NCBI GenBank assembly: GCA_963796685.1
Contig: CAWCMR010000025.1
Location: 1,984,001 to 2,048,000, forward strand
DNA length: 64,000 nucleotides
Origin: an uncultured delta proteobacterium
GTDB taxonomy: Bacteria > Myxococcota_A > Polyangia > Fen-1088
Direction: 5' to 3'
How positions within the stretch are numbered: position 1 is the stretch's first letter; every line of letters begins with the position of its first letter. Below are positions 59,658 to 64,000 of this stretch, one piece after another. Below the pieces are notes generated by a model. The model had not been told where the DNA came from. It saw only the letters and a list, made by a program, of their open reading frames with translations, and did not search any database. Position numbers and translations under genes: made by a program.

Positions 59658-62610
59658 TTCTCCCCCCCACCGTCTTTTGCGGACGGGTTCTTGAGCGACG
59701 CAAGGTAGGTGATCGCGGGGATGGTCCCGAGCTTCCTCGAGCACGTGGAAACCACGGTTGCTGCGCGAGAGCTTGGAGACCTCGCTCTCCGGGTCCCTGA
59801 TGTTGCCGAAGACGATGGCGCTGGCCGGGCAGGCCACCGCGCACGCGGGGACGACGTCCTTGTCGCGTAGACCCCGGTTGTGGCGCTTGGCGACTTGCTC
59901 GGCGTTGCGAATGCGTTGCACGCAGAAGGTGCACTTCTCCATCACGCCGCGCGGGCGGACGGTGACCTCGGGATTGAAAGCCAGCCTGTATCGACGGGGG
60001 CGTCTCGCTGGTGAAATCGAGGAAGTTGAAGCGCCTGACCTTGTACGGGCAATTGTTGGCGCAGTAGCGGGTTCCTACACAGCGGTTGTAGGCCATCTGG
60101 TTGATACCATCGGGGCCGTGGTTGGTGGCTTGCACCGGGCACACGGTCTCGCAGGGAGCGTTGTCGCACTGCTGGCACAGCATGGGCTCGTGAATCACGC
60201 CGGGCGCCGCCATATCCCCCTCGTAGTAGCGATCGATGCGCATCCACTGCATGGCCCGTCCTTTGCGAACTTGCTCGGGGCCCACGACAGGGGTGTTGTT
60301 CTCCGACTGGCAGGCCACCACGCAGGCGCCGCAGCCCACGCACGACGACAAATCGATGGCCATGCCCCAACGCGGACCCGTGTACACCTGTTTGTCGTAA
60401 AGCGTGGGCAGAGCCTCACGCTCGAGCTCGTGCTGGGGCTTGCGCGCGTACTCCGCCAGCGTCCACTGGCGGGCGACGTCGCGTCCGTCCATGGTGTCGT
60501 GAGCCTGCGACAGGGTCAGCTCTTGGCGGCCACCGGTGGGGCCGACCGCCGCGATCGGCACGACCCGTGCGCCAGCCTCGGGTGCGAAGGTCCAAGCACG
60601 CATGCCCACGCCCGAGGCCACGCTCCCCTGCCAGCGGCCATGCCCGAGCTTGAGGCGCAATACCCCGTCGGCCTGTCCAGGCTGACGCAGGACGGGCACC
60701 GGCGTTCCCTTGCCCAGGGTCACGAGATCGCCATCCTTGAGATGCAGTCGATCCGCATCCGCGGGCGACACGGACAGCGGGTTGCCCCACGCGGTCTTGG
60801 TGATCGGATCGGGCATCTCTTGCAGCCACCCGTTGTTGGCGTACCGACCGTCGAAGAGGCGCGGATCGACGTCGAACACCAGCTCGAATGCGCCGGCTTC
60901 CGCCTTGGTGGCGGCCCGGGCGGCGCGGGCACACGCCTCGCCGTTCAAGGTGCGCGCGGCCGGCTTCGCGGATCCACGTAGAAAGAGCCCGTCATGCAAG
61001 GAAACGTTCCAGAAGCGCTCGAACGGGATGGGGCTGGCCTTGGGCTGAACCTCGTCTTGCCAGCGTTGCTTGAGGAAAGCGAGATAGGTCTTGGACAACG
61101 GGCGTCCAAGCTCGGCCAGGCAGTGCAGGAGGATGTCCTCGCCCTGGCGCGTGTCGTAGAGCGGGGCCACGACCGGCTGTTGCAGGGTCAACGTGTCTTG
61201 GCTGGTTTCGAAATCGTTCCAGCTCTCCAGCCAGTGGTTGACGGGCAAAACCAGGTTGCACGAGGCAGCCGTCTCGTCGGGCAGCAGGCCCAGCCGAACG
61301 CGCAGGGCCACCTTGGCCACGGCGGCACGCCAGGCGCCGTCTCCGTCGTCGGACGAGGCCAGGTCGTAGGCGGGATTGACGTCCCAGAACAGCGCGGCAG
61401 CGATGCGGCCTGCCGCCATGTCGTCGACCAGCTTCTTGAAGTCGGCGGGCGTGGCCAGCGCGGGCGCGTCCAGCTCCGAGAGCACGGTCTTGCCTTCGGC
61501 CCCGAGCATGCGGTTCAGCAGGTGGCAGGCAGCGTGCGTCTCGGTCGAGGCCGCCGGGCCGGCCAGCACCAGGGCTTTGTCGCTGGCGGCGCACAGGTCC
61601 TTCACCAGGGCGTCGAGCTGGGTGGAAAACGGCTTGGCCTCGGGCAGCTTGTCGAGCGCGAAGGCGTCGAGGGCCGAGGCCTCCAGCCCGGCCGGCAGGG
61701 CGCGATTGCCCTGGAGATGAACCGCGCGCAAAAGCCCGAAGGCGATGCGCGCGAGAGCGGACGGACGCATGGCCATGCGCACGTCGGCCTTGCTGCCGGT
61801 CAGGCTCATTCCCCCCTCCACGACGTAGAGGCGGTTCATGGTGCCGGCAGACGAAGCAGGGCGGCGCATGCCGGCGAAGCCGGCGATGGCGGATACGGTG
61901 TCGCCGAGGGTTCCCAGAAAATCGGCCTCCAGGGCAAGAATGACCTGCGCCTCACCGAAAGCATACCGAGGCAGTCGGACATCGCCGAAGAGCGCCTGCT
62001 CGGCCGCGCGGGCGGCCTGGTCGGCGGCGGGCTCCCACTGGACGTGGCGCAGGCCGGGCAGCGCCTCGGCGAGCTTCGCCAGCACTGCCTTTCGGCTGGG
62101 CGAAAGCAGCGCCGGCGTGACCAGCGCGATGGTCTTGCCCGAGGCCTCTTTCAGGCCACGCGTCAACTCTGCGAGGGCCTGCTCCCAGGAGCAGGCGCGC
62201 CCATTCGACACGGGGCCGCGCAGGCGGTCGGGGTCGTACAGACCCAACAAATCCGCGGTCGCATGAAAACTGGTCTTGCCCTTGTACAGCGGGTGCTCGT
62301 CGTTGCCCTCGACATGGATGGGGCGGCCCTCGCGTGCCTTGACCAGCACCGGATAGGCGACCTCGCCCTCCTGAAAGGTGCTGGCGTAGTAGTCCGCGAT
62401 GCCGGGAACGATCTCTTCCTGTTTCTTGGTGTAGGGCACGACGGTCGTGCAATCTTTCGCCAGCCCGCACCCTGCGCCCGTGGCCAGGGCCGCGGACGCT
62501 CCGAACAGGGCCAGAAACCGCCGACGGGAAACGCCGTCGCCATCGCCATCGGTGGGTTGGCCGCCGGAGGCGAGCACTGGAAGCTTGACGGGGGGCCTGC
62601 GTTCATCCAT
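59654..62610 (-). CDS. actB: Alternative complex III subunit B (Tat-exported molybdopterin-fold plus 4Fe-4S) with two apparent +1 frameshifts
   Basis: SRRRFL Tat motif; CVGCGACVVACQSEN, CQQCDNAPCETVCP, CVGTRYCANNCPYK; frame change at ~59990 to LAFNPEVTVRPRGVMEKCTFC and at ~59733 to LGTIPAITYL. Confidence 0.88.
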
Positions 62611-62842
62611 GGCGTTTCACGGCTTCGGGGGCTGGCTTGAGCACGAGCTTGACACCGGCCGGGGCATCGGCAGATGCCGAAGCGGGGCGCGGCACCCGGC
62701 TCGGCGCGGTGGACGAAACGGTGGCGCGCCGGCCACGGCGGGGCCAGGACCACGCCGCAAGACCGGCGGCAGCGGCCGAAAATACGCCGAGCCAGCGCCG
62801 GCGCTGCGCGAAGGGTGTCGGATCGGGTGTTTCGGATTTCAT
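62603..62842 (-). CDS. Small 79-aa protein with twin-arginine-like N-terminus between actA and actB
   Basis: ATG overlaps the actA stop and its stop overlaps the actB start; QRRRWLG followed by a hydrophobic stretch. Confidence 0.6.
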   Translation of the reverse strand: MKSETPDPTPFAQRRRWLGVFSAAAAGLAAWSWPRRGRRATVSSTAPSRVPRPASASADAPAGVKLVLKPAPEAVKRHG

Positions 62843-63402
62843 CGGTGGCACGCGTAGCAATTGGTTGGGCCTTGGGTGATCTTGGAACCGGGCGGAACCG
62901 CGGCGTGGGCGTCGCGGTGGCAGGACAGACAGTTGCCCATGCGCATGAGCATCTCGCGCGAGACGCGCTCCATGGTCTCCACTTCGCCGTGGCAGGTTTG
63001 ACAGGCGATGCCGGCATTCACGTGGGGCCGGTGATCGAAGTAGACGTGGTCGGGCAGGTTGTACACGCGCTGCCAATCGATGACTTCGTTGGCCTTGAAG
63101 GCCGCGGTCAGGTGTTGGATCTCGGGCTTATCGACCCGGGTGACCGTATGGCAGTTCATGCACGTCTCCGTCGCGGGCACGCCGGCGTGTCGCGAACGCT
63201 CGGCGCCGGTGTGGCAGTAGAGGCAGGGGATGTGGTTGTCCCCGGCGTGCAGCTTGTGCGAGAAGGCGATGGGTTGCGTGGGCGAATACCCGAGGGCGAA
63301 GCGATCCGGTTCGGTAGCGTAGCCGACCGCCAGAAGGGTCGATAAAACCGAAACGGCCCCGATGGGCAGAATCACGCGCCAAAAACGATCTCGTGGGTGC
63401 AA
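62839..63402 (-). CDS. actA: Alternative complex III subunit A, pentaheme cytochrome c
   Basis: PTQPIAFSHKLHAG; five CxxCH motifs (CLYCH, CMNCH, CQTCH, CLSCH, CYACH). Confidence 0.93.
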   Translation of the reverse strand: MHPRDRFWRVILPIGAVSVLSTLLAVGYATEPDRFALGYSPTQPIAFSHKLHAGDNHIPCLYCHTGAERSRHAGVPATETCMNCHTVTRVDKPEIQHLTAAFKANEVIDWQRVYNLPDHVYFDHRPHVNAGIACQTCHGEVETMERVSREMLMRMGNCLSCHRDAHAAVPPGSKITQGPTNCYACHR

Positions 63403-63554
63403 ACGGTCCTCGCGGGGCAGTCTGTGCCGAATTCAGGTAGAATGGGTCCAGTTCTCGTCAACAAGGGATTCGTTATTCTTGTCACAAATGGTGGCTGGGG
63501 CGAACGTTAGATGCCGCCAAACGGGGCGAGGTCACAGGTCTTTCGCAGTCCGGT

Positions 63555-64000
63555 TCAGATGGCGTACAAACGCCGCAACCCCTGGGCGGCGTCGGCCATA
63601 CGAACGGGTTCGCCGACGCGCCGCGCGCGCCAGAGGAGATGGTGCGGGGTATGCGTGGGGGCAACAAACGAGACTACCGTCGTCTCATAGCCGGCGGCCT
63701 CCAGACGCAAGGTACGTTCGGCATCCACGATGGCCTGGATGAACCGTCGCCTGACCTCCGCATGACGCGGAATCCCCAATGCCTCCGCCTGCCGTGTTGC
63801 CACCCGCGCTGCCGCCACGTGCTCCGAGGTGCAGCATGGTACGAGGAGCAGGTGCCGCGTCCGGCATGCCGCCGCTCGCTCGACGATGGTGTCCGAGGCC
63901 GGTCCGCAAGCGTGCAAAGCGACGACCACATCGGGTTCGTCCGGCCACGCCGCCGCGTTCTCGACGTCGCCTTCCACGATGGTGAAGTCCACCTGCGCAG
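63555..64000 (-). CDS. SAM-dependent methyltransferase, 3' part (runs off the window)
   Basis: VVALHACGPASD, LVPCC, DAERTLRLEAAGY. Confidence 0.8.
   Translation of the reverse strand, partial: AQVDFTIVEGDVENAAAWPDEPDVVVALHACGPASDTIVERAAACRTRHLLLVPCCTSEHVAAARVATRQAEALGIPRHAEVRRRFIQAIVDAERTLRLEAAGYETTVVSFVAPTHTPHHLLWRARRVGEPVRMADAAQGLRRLYAI

Noticed and set aside
58269-59945. 558-aa ORF as a novel ferredoxin-ActC fusion
   Set aside because: Produced by the actB frameshifts; the corrected actB stop overlaps a proper actC ATG at 59657
63470-63495. TTGTCACAA palindrome upstream of actA as an FNR/Rex site
   Set aside because: Spacing matches neither consensus and it is too short to support

Overview
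GC-rich bacterial DNA whose gene content points to Myxococcota/Polyangia (inference). The left arm (1-11 kb) is housekeeping: ugd, a J-domain protein, argF, argD, GT2 plus methyltransferase, PilZ, TSP3-OmpA and a TPR lytic transglycosylase (slt). A ~23-kb accessory island (~10978-34233) follows, bracketed by an ~800-bp direct duplication of the slt 5' end, with no integrase seen. Its cargo is almost entirely predicted lipoproteins. A serpin is divergent from a six-gene operon: S1 serine protease, 1893-aa Thr-repeat/C-type-lectin giant, a vitellogenin/MTP-N-like protein, and three further lipoproteins. The island also has two nested IS events, each with visible IRs and TSDs: ISL3 inside IS4, and an ISL3 inside an identical copy of itself. 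The right arm carries an aldehyde dehydrogenase, cysH, a MITE-like hairpin, FIST plus PP2C, a FAD/Fe-S oxidoreductase, a DUF692 (MNIO)/DUF2063 pair facing a Cys-rich lipoprotein, GH12, an rsgA-like remnant, and an alternative complex III plus type-A2 cytochrome c oxidase cluster. Best candidates for new biology: (1) a possible split bacterial large-lipid-transfer-protein system; (2) two copy-number-matched (13+13) Thr-repeat arrays with mirror-image flanks, suggesting a giant beta-hairpin stalk. All family calls come from motif recognition by eye, with no searches run. Several single-base frameshifts suggest residual sequencing error.
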